From Carcharhinus longimanus (lineage: Eukaryota): DNA of 64,000 bases. Position numbers and translations under genes: made by a program. The DNA lies in contig JASCQW010000027.1 of assembly GCA_030264375.1 (NCBI GenBank), positions 99,001,445 through 99,065,444 of the forward strand, in the 5' to 3' direction. The notes beneath the pieces are model-generated. The model did not search any database and was not told the origin of the DNA. It worked only from the letters and a program-made list of their open reading frames with translations. Positions 37,211 to 51,699 of the stretch are shown one piece after another (within the stretch, counting starts at the first letter, position 1; each line of letters begins with the position of its first letter).

Positions 37211-38739
37211 ATACTAAGCATGCTTCTTTTCTAGTTTGAGTTATGCATCACCCTATCACAAAATATAAATGAGGCACTTCAATGATAGTCAGCTACAATG
37301 CTCGGCAGTCAAACCCCAGCACCCAGGAAACACTGTTCAGCTCAATGAATGAATGAATGATTTGCTTCACACAAATGGGGCTCCTCACGCTCAAAAACTC
37401 TGCCAACTGATTTGGCATTTGCTATTATTGAAGTTGAGAGATTCAGTCACATAAAAGTTTAATTAAGTAGATGACCACACATCTCTGTGAAGGATAGGAA
37501 AAGGTTAAATTGACAGATCAGAAAGGGCTGCAGCGGCAGTTGCCTATGTAACCTCATGCCAGTTATCCTGATCATTTCATCCCAATAATCATTCCTCTTC
37601 CTTAAAATAAAGTGTCATCGGATCCCCCAAGTAAATTTCCAATCTGCTTGCTTTTATTGAAACAAGCAGAACAGCTCCAGTAAGCAAGATAATTATGCAA
37701 TTAATTTGAAAATAACATCTTGAAATGCAAAAAAAAGCTTTCACAACAAACTTTAGTTCAACGTTACTAAATTCAAAACCTTAAAATGTCAAAGAGATAC
37801 CCAATTTATCCACACAGTTCAGCTCTTTTCAATAGTGTAAGCAGATAACAGTTGCAATGTCAAACAAAAGAAAAGCAAATTTAGAGATTTGAAGTCATCT
37901 GTGCTGTCAGCAGAAACCCCAACAACCATACTTTTAGTGTTATATTGTAGCCTGCTGCAACATGACATAACTGTCCTACACTTCAATCTAATGAATGCGT
38001 ACTGCTTATGCAAACTCTTCCAGTTGCTAAAAAAAGGCAAAAGGTATGTCCAACTACAAGTTTCTTTCAAACAGGATTTTTATTGGCAAACCAAAGCTTG
38101 TTGTACATTAGAGGGCACTATAGTACATCAACATCTTAGTATGCTCAGCCTCAACACGTTTCAGAGCACCACGGAAAGGTTTTTCCCATGAACAAGATTG
38201 AACTCATTAAATAAAACATTAGGTTTTAATTAAATCAGATTAAGTCTAAACTAGCTCTAGTACAAGTCATATTGATTGATTAAAATCTGTTCAACCATGA
38301 GAAAGCGTTTCTATGGAGATTAGTAGAAGTAACCACAGCACATTCCATTCTCAAACCCTTCGGACTTTCCAATTATATACCATGCTTGAAACTTCAGAAT
38401 TAAGACCTAGATTGGCAAAGAAACAAATTAATGGGCTTCAGAATTTAATATCTGCTGCTACATCATCTGGTAGTCAATAACAGTGGTGCACCGCAGCCAC
38501 ATCAAATGAACAAGGAAAGTAGCACGTTGATTTCCTCAGTTCAGCTTTAACAAACTAATGGCTACTTTATTAAAAAAAAGCAGCAGAGTCTGGGTCATTC
38601 CATCCATGCAAAGGGATGAACATGTGGCAAATCAAGTCCACTGGGGGAATATGGCAGCTTTACACTTTTTGCTGATGGCTGAAGAGACCAATTTGAGAGA
38701 AATATAATCTGCCGTAAATGCTGCATATGAAGTGGTTAT

Positions 38740-39270
38740 CAGGTGTCGTAGTTTTTGATCTTGGCATCTGTTAAGTTGCTATATAGCCACTCATTTTCAC
38801 GGTAGTGCACATCAGGCCATAAGTGATGTTGTTATTTTCCCTGTCGTCATGTCATGCGTACAAGGACCCTCGATGCTGAGCTTCGGCTGTCCTACTCCAA
38901 CTCTGGGTATGTGACAGTCTTCCATCCTGTGAATGTGCCTGAGCCGGCAAAGCTGCCTGTTTTCTGAATGTCAACACACTTGAAAGAAGTGTTTTTGCAA
39001 GGACTGCCAAATTCATCATTTTATTCTTCTGCGAGATCCCAGAATGCACCACAAACAGTAATGATGAAAGCAATGCTAAGTGCACCACATAAAGCTAAGT
39101 GCACCACATAAAGCTAAGTGCATCACATAAAGCTAAGTGCACCACATATTGCTGCATGTAAGACATCCATGTTTCACAGCCATACAGGAAGGTGCTGAGA
39201 ACACAGACTTCAAAGCAGCCCAAGAGTCAGTTTGGTGTCAATTCATGCACTTTGCGGCTCGGCTGGAGCA
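38740..39270 (-). mobile_element. RTE-clade LINE fragment
   Basis: Minus translation VLSTFLYGCETW (RTE LSTLLYGSETW motif) at ~39165-39203. Confidence 0.7.
39075..39148. repeat. 19-bp minisatellite, ~3.9 copies
   Basis: gctaagtgcaccacataaa repeated. Confidence 0.95.
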
Positions 39271-41664
39271 GATTCCTGAGTATATTGAACTTTGCAACAA
39301 GAGACCAATGTCTCTCACTAAGGACACATGTGACAGTATGTAAAACTAAAACAATAATTATAATATTGTAGAAACCCACAACACTGAGCCACACAACTTT
39401 GATTTTGGTTACACTACTGAGGGAATCACAAAATACAACCATTCATTAGTAAATGAATAAGCAGATTACATCACAGGAGAATTGGACCTTTGGGTTTTAT
39501 TCTAATATTTCTCCTTCAAGCTACCTGCTGTTTCACAGAAACTGAAGTTAGATTATACTTTCTCTAACATGTATGTACATACACACAAACAACCATAGAG
39601 TCCAGCATTGTCACACTGCCCAAATGCTGAATGAAATATTTCTCATAATATTTAATTACTGGACAAGACGCAATACACGTATCTTCTAAATTTTAAGAAC
39701 TCATGTCAGAACTGAGCTGCAAGACAGTAGGTTGCAATAATTTGAACAAAACACAAATACATTAATCTTTTCCAACACATTAGCTAGGTTGTCAGTCCTC
39801 TGGTTCTCTTATGTTAGTCTTTATAACTGTTCACAGATATCCATGATATTGCTTCTACACATGACATATACAGGGATGTGGTAGTCTGAGGCCTGGGCAT
39901 TCACCCTTCAAATGCAATTAGTATGGATGTCTGTGCCATGCTACTGGAGCCTGCTCTGCCATGCCAATTTTTTATGCTTTCCTGGATGCATATTCCCTTT
40001 TTACCTTTTCATTCTTTCTGGTGGTAAAAACATTTAAACTTCTCAGATGTCATTCACTTTATTTACATGTAAATTTTATGGAAAAGGAGCTTCAACTGCT
40101 TGCTCATTTACATTTCAGGCTTATTTATCAACAAACACTTGAGCTCAATTTAGATCATTTTATTATGACCATGTTAAGGATAGTTCAACTTTTAAAGAAG
40201 AAATCCAAAGAACAAATAATTAATTAACTACACCATAAGATATTACGTTTTTGAACAGAAGCAAACATTGTATATTGAATTGAATTAAATGAAATATAGC
40301 TTGGAAAGACGAGCTTAAAAACTCAGTTCTATCTTTCTACCCAAGAGGTCTCTCTTCTTACAAAACCTTTAAGGTCACTTTCCTGGGAGAGTCGAAAGTG
40401 TAAATCACAACTTTCTTGAATTCACTCTTGATTTCTCATTGGTGTTTCAGCTGTTCACCATGGTACATGGTTTTGTGGGAGTCCTTCCATTAGGTTTTGG
40501 ATATGTGATCTTCCAATTTCTTGACCAACCTCAAGGCTTTTGATTTCACAGCTCCAGCATGGGTTTCCGTGCAAGTCCTGCACAGTAGTTTAAAAAAATC
40601 TGAAAACATCCCTGGTTTCAAACTGCAGCCAAGCTGATTACTTTGAGTTCCGACCACAAAAAAGTCAATTAATATTTTGTTGAGGACCACTGCAGATTTC
40701 TTCCTTTAATTTGTAGTTAATCAAATCTTCCAGTTGTTTTCCCCCTTACCAACTTTGTCTTATAGTAAATACCACCTCCCATCCACAGGCTGCATCATGG
40801 ACAACAGATCTAACATTTAGACTACTTAGACTGGTTTTATCTCTTGAGTTCCAAAGTGCTACAAAGCTACACAAAGACCCAAAGCTGGTACAAGAAGTTA
40901 ACTGCTTCTCTCAAATCAGTCTTGCCTGCCAGCTACGCTTCCAATGAATTGACACGGATAACTCAAAATAAAGAATCTCATGAAGTTTCATCCATCTCCA
41001 TGGCAATGTGACACACATGAACTCTTCCCAGGTAGAAATGCAAATTAGCTACCTTTGAATTTCAAACCTTTCCTTCATTCTGGAAGCCTCATGAATAACT
41101 TCTCTCGGATGGAATAGCTGCATATGTTCTTTCGCTAATTAAGCCCAAGTGCCATTTGGTGGCACTCAACCTTACAGCTGTAACCTTATTCAGTAAAAAG
41201 TTATCTTTTGAATTGAATTGTAATCAACAAGTTTGTGTGGTTTGCAATTATCTCAATGTCCATCGGTGAACTTTCACTTAAAATTCAACTTCTAAATTTA
41301 AAAACCTATACCTCTTAAACATATGAAGTGATGACATTAGACATATGCAACAATTGGTGATCAGTTATTCTGTGTCTTGTGATGCCCAACATACATTCTC
41401 TTTCCAACACCAAGACAGCATAGACTAACCTGCGTGAGGTTACAATGCTAACTGGGATAAATTCCAATCAGATCTAGTAGCTCAAATCTGGGCATCCATG
41501 AGGTGCTGTAGTCCACCTGCAGCAGAATTGTATCCCATCATAATGTTTAACCTCATGGCCCAGCTTCAATTTGACAAGGGCTCCTTGAAGCCACACCCTG
41601 TCTAATGCTGCACTAATTTCAAGGACAGACATTCTTGCCTCAAACTCTGGAACTCAGCTCATGG

Positions 41665-41875
41665 GATAGAATAGAATCATAGAATCCCTAGAGTGCAGAG
41701 AAGGCCATTCAACCCATCGGATCTGCACTGATTCTCCTCAGAGCATCTCACAAGGCCCTCTCCCCCATTCTATCCCTGTAACCCCACACATGCCCCCCAT
41801 GGCAAATCCACCTAACCTGCACATCTTTGCAGTATGGGAGCAAACCGAGCACTTGCAGGAAACCCATGCAGACTG
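41665..41875 (-). mobile_element. V-SINE 3' part
   Basis: tagaatcatagaatcc tail and V-domain, reverse complement. Confidence 0.85.
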
Positions 41876-42114
41876 AAATTTGGTGAATGTTACTCATTGA
41901 TAATAGCTGTCTGGCAATGCTGTCAAAGCCATCAGTTTGATGATTAAGACTAGGTTGCTGGGGCAGTAACTGGTTGGATCAGCATTCCCTGCTTCTTGCA
42001 GAAAGAATCTATCTGTTCAATTTTCCACTTACATCAGCGTAATACCTTATTGGGACAGCTTGGCTAAAGGCATAGTTAATTTTTGGAGCACAAGTCTTGC
42101 TGGAATTGAGCAAT

Positions 42115-42414
42115 TTATTTATTAGTTTATTTATTTGTGTCACAAGTAGGCTTACATTAATACTGCAATGAGGTTACTGTGAAAATCTCCTGTCGCCACA
42201 CTTCGGCACCTGTTCGGGTACACCAAGGGAGAATTTAGCATAGCCAATGCACCTAACCTGCATGTCTTTCGGACTATGGAAGGAAACCGAAGCACCTGGA
42301 GGAAACCCATGCAGACACAGGGAGGATGTGCAGACTACACACACGCAGTGACCCAAGCTGGGAATCGATCCCAGGTCTCTGGCACTGAGGCAGCAATGCT
42401 AACCCCGTGCCACC
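42115..42414 (-). mobile_element. V-SINE with type B tail
   Basis: Reverse complement of the 17635 and 61153 type. Confidence 0.9.
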
Positions 42415-42423
42415 AAGAATGAA

Positions 42424-42637
42424 CCTTACCACCAACCCAAACCTTCAGGGCAATTAATGCTGCCACTGCCAACAATACCCTCACCTGATGACTGAGTAAA
42501 CATACGAGCATTTTGATCCATCATATTTAACCTCACCACCAACCCAAACCTTAAGGACAATTAATGCTGTCACTGCCAACAATACCCTCATCTGATGACT
42601 GAATAAACATACGAGCATTTTGATCCATCATATTTAA
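42424..42637. repeat. 107-bp tandem duplication
   Basis: Copies 42424-42530 and 42531-42637 with a few substitutions. Confidence 0.95.
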
Positions 42638-43694
42638 TACTTTAACTGTAATTTCTTCTCTGCCAGCCCTGCAATCATCTCAAAGCTCCATTTCTGTCTA
42701 TGTGCTGTCCCTCAATTACTTCAACCTTAAGCTTTCATATCACACCCAATTGTTATGTATAAACTTTTGAGATAGCATATCATGAATAAGCAAATATTTT
42801 TTTCCAAATCGTCAGTCAGACCAAAGCCACATGGTTTGCCCACCAAGCACCCCCCCCAACCCCGCCCACCCGCCCCCCACCCACCCCCAAATACAAAACT
42901 TCAGCTTCCTACCCCTGCCCAGGCTCTTCATTCAGAGTGCATCTGGCTGACCCCAAATTCTACACAACACCTCACTGCATTATGTACTGCCAAGTCCAGT
43001 TTACATCTACCTAAATCTTATCTCATCAGTATCATGAACGATCACCTCACTAAGGATGGTTACTTCAAACCCTGATTTCTGATGTTCTGCATACAGCAGT
43101 TCCAAGTTCTATCTTTCATCAGCTCCAACTTAACTAAGACTTAATTACGTATAATTTATTTTGCCCTACCATCCAGCCACATCTAACATCGAATGAATCC
43201 TTTTTCTAAAGCACTGAATTCAAATTTCTTGTTTATTAAACCAAAGCAAAATGTTGCAAGTGCTGGGAAAGTTAAATATAAACAGAAAGTGCTAGAAAGT
43301 CTCCAACCAGAAAGCATCTGTAGAGTGAATGTTAATACTTTGCTTCATTTTATTCCTTGTTTATTAATCAAACCTCACCCTTGACCCTCTCTACCAGCAA
43401 ATCTATGTAGCAGTGCATGTCCTCTGCTTATTCATGTTTTTGCTTCCCTCTCCCCGTTCACTCCAACAACCCCCAAAAACTCTTCTGTTCAATCTCAGAT
43501 GGCAAATATCAAAACTTGGCCTTTTTTCTTTGTAATACACAGCTTGAGAACAGCTATGTCATGAATCTGGAGTCAGTTACCTTTATTCTTCTACCTACAC
43601 TCTCTCTTTGCCCTGATGTAGATTGTTTAGGCATATCCTACTATGTTCAAACACTTTACAGAACATAAGTCGAGAGTTATTGCAAATCACACCT

Positions 43695-44015
43695 GGGCGG
43701 CATGGTAGCACAGTGGTTAGCACTGCTGCTTCACAGCTCCAGGGACCTGGGATCGATTCCCGGCTTGGGTCACTGTCTATGAGTTTGTACATTCTCCTCG
43801 TGTCTGTATGGGTTTCCTCCAGGTGCTCCGGTTTCCTCCCACAGTCCAAAGGTGTATGGATTAGGTTGATTGGCCATGCTAAAAATTGCCCCTTAGAGTC
43901 CTGAGATGCGTAGGTTAGCGGGATTAGCGTGTAAATATGTAGGGATATAGGGCTGGGTGGGATTGTGGTCGGTGCAGATTTGATGGGCCAAATGGCCTCT
44001 TTCTATGATTCTATG
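43695..44015 (+). mobile_element. V-SINE (HE1-like), near full length
   Basis: gggcggcatggtagcacagtggttagcactgctg head, B-box-like gatcgattccc, ttctatgattctatga tail. Confidence 0.93.
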
Positions 44016-46397
44016 AATCAATATGGACTATTTACCTACTTTGACAATTTATATCGTTAAACTTTCCAGGCAACATTGGCAAATGCCCTGTACAACAATA
44101 AATCTTTTCATTCTTTGTTATAATACATCATGTATCTTTGAACTCCCAGTATGTTAAAATATTTTAGCTCCTCTATAACAACAGGATGTTTTGGTATTGT
44201 CCATCTCATTATGAAATTGTGTCTGTTATTCAGGAAGAATGGATACCAAACATTTAGTTCACAAGTTGTTTTCCCATAAGCTGTTAATAAAACAGAACTC
44301 AAATACCTTTACGGACAAAAGACTTAAATCATCAACACATTCAAGAAAGGAAATCTTGATACATATAATTAGCAATGGAATGAGTCACTATACTTCTTCC
44401 CCCCATCCACAGTACAGTCAACCCATTTAGATTCAATACTTTTGGCCCACTATGGTTTCTGATCTTCAAAGTTTAATTTCACAAATCGACACTGAAAATG
44501 TTCTCATTTTCAATTAAATGTTAAATTGACAAGGGTGCCACAAAAATGGTGTAAATACAGCAGCCATTCTGGTAGTTTGTCTAGCTGATCAGGAAGGTCA
44601 CAGGTTTAATTCCAGGTTTGTGATAAGGTTTGATTGAGCAGGAGCATGGGTAGTGCATTATAATTATCGTCAGTGCGACAGGGCTAAGCATTTCATAACT
44701 CATGACCCTGACAATTATCCATTAACTACAGTTGGGCCTTAAACACGTTGACAGTGGGCAAGGACAGCTGTGATATCCAGCTCCCTTCTCCTGTCTGGGT
44801 GGCTGGCATTCTGTCTAGGTTCACAAGTAAAAAGTGATCACCTGGATCCAGTTTCAAAGATAATTAATGCCTGTACAAATGAATCCCAGCACAAATGGGG
44901 GTGCCTTTAGTAGAGGAGTGAAGCAAGAGAAGCAAGGGTATCACAAGTGGGTAAGACAATGGATTTTCTACAGTAGAGGCTCAAATCCAGTCTAAGTTGG
45001 CCAGGGTACCTGTGTGAATTTCTGACAAGCTTAGAAAAACAGAATTCAGTTTCAGTTGGGTGGCAATAAGTGAAAATCACACAAACGGACAGCTGTAGGA
45101 GAAACTGAAATCATTGGTGTTGCCAGCAATGGTGCTTGGAGATTGCTACAATTCTATGGTTAAATGCGTTGTGCGCCTGGGATGGCTCGATTTTGACACA
45201 GGCTAATAAATAAAGGGAGAAAATGCACAGCTCACAAGCAGTGACATTCTTTAGAATTTAAAACAGATGCAGGAAGTATTTGGTTTGAAAAAAGCATTTG
45301 TCTCTTGAACATGACCTTTCAGCAGAATTGATCAGAATCTACTTAACAGAGAAAGACAGACATATACAGTTGCTTTTAGGGGACTACAACTAGAAAGATG
45401 GGCTAACAAACGTTCTGAACTTACCAATAGATATTTGTGGGAAAATGGAAAACATGGAAAAATAATCTCAGATCCAATTTGTCAATCATATGAAATTAAG
45501 TAACTATGTTGTACAAATAGAAGAGACTTATAAATCTTAAGTGCATACACAAATCAAGTATGATTGACTTTCTTACCAGGGAATTAACTCAAAGTACCAG
45601 TACTTCAATATTATTTTCTACAATTACATTTTAATGATTTATAGTGCAGGCCAATAAGTGGTAAGTATTGTTGATTACCATATTTTAAGGCTGCAATATC
45701 ATTGGTACCCATACAAAACACATGAAACAAAATGCTTTTGCCATAGAACTCGATTTCTTTATTTTTAAATGCTTTCCCATGAAATGTTGGACCTGAAGAG
45801 TAATCAAATTAAACCAAAATGATCAACAACTTCACTAGCAGAAGTGTACAAAGTTTGAAATTCCAATCTTAAATCTGACTATTGAAAAAGAAACCAATAG
45901 TTAATCAAAATAAACCACACATATCAAGATCAACAATGTCACTTAAATGCAAAAATGGAAGTTCATGTGCCACCCAAAAGCTCCAGCAAATGCTTTCAAT
46001 TTTCAGAACTCTGCACATCATTATTTGTGAAACACATACATTTCACAAATGTTAAAAGTATGTTAATTAACTGACAACATGCTTTATCGAAACTTATAAA
46101 AAATGATCATCTACAAGTTGTACTTGAGCTGCATTTGAAAACAGTGATGATATGCTCAACGTACAAACTATATTGTAGTGCCTATTGTAATAGTTTTGAT
46201 GGATAGACTGAAAAGATAAAAGATCGTTAAAATCTAATTCCTAAGGTATTTCGTGGTTCACGTTGCTTCTTTTAAGAGTACTGGAGAAGTAAAATTCAAT
46301 TAATAATTCTTGAATAAAAATACGCCAAAACTCTCAAACTGAATTCCAAATTGAACATGTGGTTCCTCAGCTTTCCCAAAGTATGAGACAATCTATT

Positions 46398-47395
46398 TCA
46401 TAGAACATAGAACAGTACAGCACAATACAGGCCCTTCAGCCCTTGATGTTGTGCCAAGATCTGTTCAAAGCCAAGATCAAGCTATCCCGTTCCTTATCAT
46501 TCTGGTGTGCTCCATGTGCCTATCGAATAATCGCTTGAAAGTTCCTAAAGTGTCCGACTCCACTATCACATTCCGCACCCCAACCACTCTGAGTAAAGAA
46601 TCTACTTTGGACATCCCTCCTACATCTCCCACCACGAATCGTATATTTATGCCCCCTAGTAACGGCTATATCCACCCGAGGAAATAGTCTCTGCACGTCC
46701 ACTCTATCTATCCCCCTCATCATCTTATAAATCTCTATTAAGTCACCTCTCATCCTCCTCCACTCTAAAGAGAAAAACCCCAGCTCCCTCAACCTTTCCT
46801 CACAAGACCTACCCTCCAAACCAGGCAGCATCCTGGTAAATCTCCTCTGCACTCTCTCCAATGCTTCCACATCCTTCTTANNNNNNNNNNNNNNNNNNNN
46901 NNNNNNNNNNNNNNNNNNNNNNNNNNNNNNNNNNNNNNNNNNNNNNNNNNNNNNNNNNNNNNNNNNNNNNNNNNNNNNNNTGTCATCAGCAAATTTACTA
47001 ACCCACCCTTCAGCCCCCTCTTCCAAGTCATTGATAAAAATCACAAATGGCAGAGGACCCAGCACTGATCCCTGTGGTACACCGCTGATAAATGGCCTCC
47101 AATCTGAAAATTTTCCCTCCACCACCACCCTCTGTCTTCTATGAGACAGCCAGTTACTTATCTAATTGGCCAAATTTCCTTCTATCCCACACCTCCTTAG
47201 TTTCTTCATGAGCCTACCATGGGGAACCTTATCAAACACCTGACTGAAGTCCAAGTATACAACATCAACTGCTCTACCTTCGTCTACACACTGAGTCACC
47301 TCCTCAAAGAATTCAATCAAATTTGTGAGGCAAGACTTAATCCTCACGAAACCGTGGTGACTATCCCAGATTAAGCTGCATCTTGCCAAATGGAG
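46398..47395 (-). mobile_element. CR1 LINE ORF2 fragment and 3' end
   Basis: [60 protein letters not shown]. Confidence 0.95.
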
Positions 47396-49379
47396 TCTTT
47401 CCATCTATAGTCTGCTTTTATTGCAGGTATATTTTCTATTAGCTTTGAATACATAATCCTTTTCAAAAATCAAGATTAATCAAAATTCTGTATTACATAA
47501 ACATGATCAATTCAGAGGCATTTTAGTGGAAGGATGAATGGACTAAATGTTTAACCAAATAGCACTTACAGCACATAAACAGAGACTATTCAGTGTTGCT
47601 CTACACAAGTCTATTTCCACTCAATTTCTTATATCACTACCTTTCAACTTATCCCTTTCTTCTATTATTTCCGAGGTAGTTAACTAACTTCCCCTTAAAT
47701 CCATCTATGCCACCTGCCTCAACTACACCACATCTTTGCTGCTCAGTTCACTTCAAAGAATCTTCAAGATTGAAGTTACTTTTCAATTATTCATCTATGT
47801 GGGTTAGGTTATATGTTAACAACTGGTGTTAGATTCCATACAATGCACAATTTTAAGTATAGCGTAATAAAGCCACCACTTAGTGCCTTATAGTATAAAC
47901 AGCAGCTTCACACAGAGGTTCTCAGTTCATGTACCATCCTCAGGTGGAGCAGGACAAAGTGAGTTTATTGAGTCTAGATCTACTTTGTTTTTAATCAGTT
48001 GCAAAGAAAATTTAACTTGTGTCAGAAACATGTGCTTAATATTTTATGGCAAGTGGCTTTACAGTCAAAGTTATCAGTTTACTTACATCTTAAGACATTA
48101 ATGTCTAAGCGACTGCATTCTTTCTGATGTCGAGAAATACAGAACTATTCCCACGACATTCTCAGTGAGACTGAGTGCATTTAAACTTTGCTTTATACAG
48201 GCACTAAATTGGCAGTGCAAACTCAGGCAGCATCTAACCTGACATCACATCAAAGAGAGAGATTCCTAGGAAATGAGCTGAAACAAACATGGATTTCTAC
48301 CTGGCCAGACCAATACCAATTATTGCTGTCTTAATGCTGCACACGTCATCCTGTTCCAGAGTTTACCTAACAGTATTAGTTGAATTCAGAGTTTTACTAC
48401 CTCCAGGAAAGAAGACAACAATGGTATTGTCTCCTGACTGGGAAAAAATTAAACCAAGTTGAAAAGTCTCTGGACGTGTTAACAACACTGCATCCTTGTT
48501 AAAAGTTGTACATCCTGTATTTTGATTTAATTTAGTATTTCGATCAATTTCAAATTTGCTTGTGCAATGGTTTATATTTTTGCCCTCAGTCTTGCATTCA
48601 AAAATGCACATTTTAATACCAAGATCCAAAAGAAAATTACGTAAAACCTAAAAGTCATAACAGCAAAAATTATAATGAATCCACTTTTGCTGTTTGATCC
48701 TCAATTTCTTTACATCTTCACTTATAAAACTGAAGTGTGGCATCATATCAACTAAACTGATTACACATAGTCAACTTACTTTACAGCAGATTGCTTGCTA
48801 TGTAACAGTTCATAAGTTTTTTCAAACTTCAACATGCATCAATCTAAATCCTTTAACACTACTGCAATATTATATTTGTAGACATGCCACATACCTCAGT
48901 TCTCAAAGGGACAAGACGATTAAATGTAAAGAATGACTCACGTGTCGGCACTCTGTCCTTCTATATTGCATTTTGATTTAAGAACTCAATTTTGTTTGGT
49001 GATATTAGAATCACAAGAGGGGAAGATCTATTCAAAGATGGGATCTCCTTTTGAGTCAATGGATGAATCTGTTGTTAGTTAAGAACCTAACCCTGAATGC
49101 ATACATCACATTAGAAACCAGTCAGTTGGCAAGCACGCCAGGCACTTGATCGCTCGATGTTGAAACTTGACAGCTTCAAGTTAATTCAACTTATCCAGCA
49201 GATGATACGCCTTGGGGGTCTATCAGTGGTTTTGTCTTCCCAGTTGTCTCAGTTGCAACATTTAATGATGGCTTTGGAAATTCTATAATCAAGTATTATA
49301 TGACTGTTACCATTGAGAAAGACAGGGCAACAGAAACATCAAAACACGAGTACCTGGAAGTCCCTTTCAAAGTCACTCA

Positions 49380-49590
49380 CCACAGGAAATATATTGCTGT
49401 TCCTTCACCATTGCTGGGTCAAAATCTTGGAACTTCCTCCCTAACCATACTGAGTCTACCTACACCACATGGACTGCAGCAGTTCAAGGCGGTAGCTCAC
49501 CACTACCTTCTGAGAGGCAGTAAAGAATGGGCAATAAATGCTGGCCGAGCCCGCAATGCCCATATCCCCCAAATGATTTTTTAAAAAAGA
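49380..49590 (+). mobile_element. CR1/L2-group LINE 3' end (gggcaataaatgctggcc tail family)
   Basis: Same tail seen in reverse at 59130-59230. Confidence 0.7.
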
Positions 49591-50584
49591 ATGCATAGGT
49601 CAAATTCAGACCAACAGAACTAGACATTTTATGATTGTGACCTCAATTTCAATAACATTGCAACATTTCTGATCAGGATTAGGTACTCCACGGCACTCGT
49701 CATGCCACCGTGAAAATGCTCCAATTGCTCAATACAGTATCAGCAGCAGAGCCTGGACACCAATCCATAGAGTAACGGTGACATGGGCAATAATTTGACA
49801 AAGAGCGTCTTCCAGTAACAGAGGAACCCTTTGTTCTCGCCAGATCTCCAGTCTAGTTTGGTGAAGATGGAACATGCAAACCAGTGAATAATATTTTGAC
49901 ATTCTCTTGCAGGATGCCCAAAGTGGATAATGCCCTTAGTTATGACAGTATGTAAAAGCATACTAACCAGACACAAGAATTTGCCTTTGACCATTGTCAA
50001 GTTTGAAAGGCAAAAATGCTACTGATTGAAGAGGATAGACAGAAAGCATGAGGATGGAAATCCTCCGATGAATCATGTATAAGCAGCATGTTGTGAAAGT
50101 TTTTATCTGCAAGTTTGTTTTCAGGCGACTGTTGAAGAAGCCATTCTCCACCAAGTACCAAATGTAAATAAGTTCTTGAAAGCCCAAATAGTTCCACAGT
50201 AAAGAGTATGCTGAAGAGAATTGGGATAAGAACATACCTTGTTTGATATGTTAGTGATGATATATCACCTTGCTTGGGTCATGATGACAACACGTAACAT
50301 ACAAACAATGTTCACAAATATAATATACTATAATAGGTTTCTTGCAGACAACAGCAATTGTTTCAGAAGGTATTACTGACAAATAAGGTGGGCAGTACAC
50401 AAAAATCCTCTTCCTCTATTTCACATAAATGTGCCAACCAATTAAAACGCTCCACAGCCCAGACAGGGCCTTGTAAGATTTAAAGCATCAGGCAAAAGAA
50501 AAGCAATTTAGATGACAGAACAGATGTACAACTTTAATTTTATACCTACAGAATATAGGTATAAATTCTGTATATATATAGAAT

Positions 50585-50910
50585 TTCACTTACATGGCAC
50601 CTTTCACAACCTTGGCATCCCATAATACTTTACAACTGGTGAAGTACTTTTAAAGAGTATTGGCTGTTGAAATATGGAAAACGTAGCAGCCAATATGGAA
50701 GACGTAGCAGCCAATATGGACACAGCAAGCTCCCACGTACACCAATGTGGTAATGACTGGATTATATGTTTTTCTGGTTTTGTCTGGAAGATACATTGAC
50801 CAGGGCACCAGGGATAATTCCCTGCTTTTTGCTCTTCTTTGAAATAGTCCTGTAGAATCTTTTACATTGATCTGCAGGGGCAAATGGGGGCTCAGCTTAA
50901 CATCTCCCAA
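50585..50910 (-). mobile_element. DeuSINE (SacSINE1/AmnSINE1-related) with internal 21-bp tandem duplication
   Basis: Reverse complement of the Deu domain (aaagattctacaggactatttcaaagaagagc...gggagcttgctgtg...ttggctgc). Confidence 0.8.
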
Positions 50911-51019
50911 CATTAAATTGTTCTTCTAATTTTCTTCAGGACCTGACAGTTACCGGATCTGAAACAAAATGATAAAAACTCTTGAAAACAAATTGGTTGA
51001 TCTTGAACTGAATTACAGA

Positions 51020-51310
51020 CACTAGTCTTTCAATACCTGGGGGTTGAATTTAAATGCAATCCACACCAATGGGATTCAAAGTCTCAGCTCACAAGCTGTA
51101 AGGTTCCCATATATATCAAACTCAATCTCAATTGTGTCCCGAGTTGGCATGGACGTACAGCACAAAATTGGGCACTGATTGGAAATCTCGGATGCTGCTA
51201 TGACAAATATTCAAAAGAATTACATTCCTCGTCTAAAATTAGGACTGCAACAGGCTATTGGAATGGAGGGAGCTTTATTCAGCATCTAGCCATGCTGAAT
51301 GTAACCTAGG
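51020..51310 (+). mobile_element. Ancient LF-SINE-like element
   Basis: Collinear patches resembling LF-SINE as recalled (ctttca..ctggg...aaat.ca.cc..ac; cacaaaa..ggcact.attgg; gggagcttta); highly decayed. Confidence 0.4.
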
Positions 51311-51699
51311 AGCACCTGACAATGAACCAGATCTGAAAGGGATAAGCTTACAGTGCTAACATCCCTCACCTTGATCCCCTTCACAGACCTCTGCAGGAAC
51401 AAAACCATCCCACAGTGTAGTTACACAAAGTGGTTCATCAAACCTTAAGAGACCCTGTGGTTGTTCCAGTGAACTTCCCAAGCTTCGCGCTGCAAATCAT
51501 TTTAAGGTATGGCAGTAGAAAGGAGTCACCAACCAGATAAGCTCTTCCACAGGCCATGTTTTTTTTAGCAGTTTTCAGAGGCTTTACACTGCAGCAGTAC
51601 TCCTTCCATTACTTCTGAAACCAGCGCTTCCAGAACCATGATATTCTTCCAAATACTCGCGAACAGAAATAAGCTCTGGGTCTCTGACCCACGCACGAA

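Noticed and set aside
39075-39148. Short repeat array as a possible CRISPR-like structure
   Set aside because: Head-to-tail 19-mers with no spacers, in vertebrate DNA; a slippage minisatellite inside an RTE relic.
42424-42637. TGATGA and CTGA boxes suggesting tandem C/D snoRNAs
   Set aside because: The boxes are adjacent, antisense to the host gene, and lie in a LINE-tail-like sequence that was locally duplicated.
49740-50240. Possible PIF/Harbinger transposase relic on the minus strand
   Set aside because: Only vague motif echoes; no DDE motif could be aligned by eye.
50541-50586. Two adjacent short AT-rich palindromes
   Set aside because: Low-complexity TA-rich tail of a DeuSINE.
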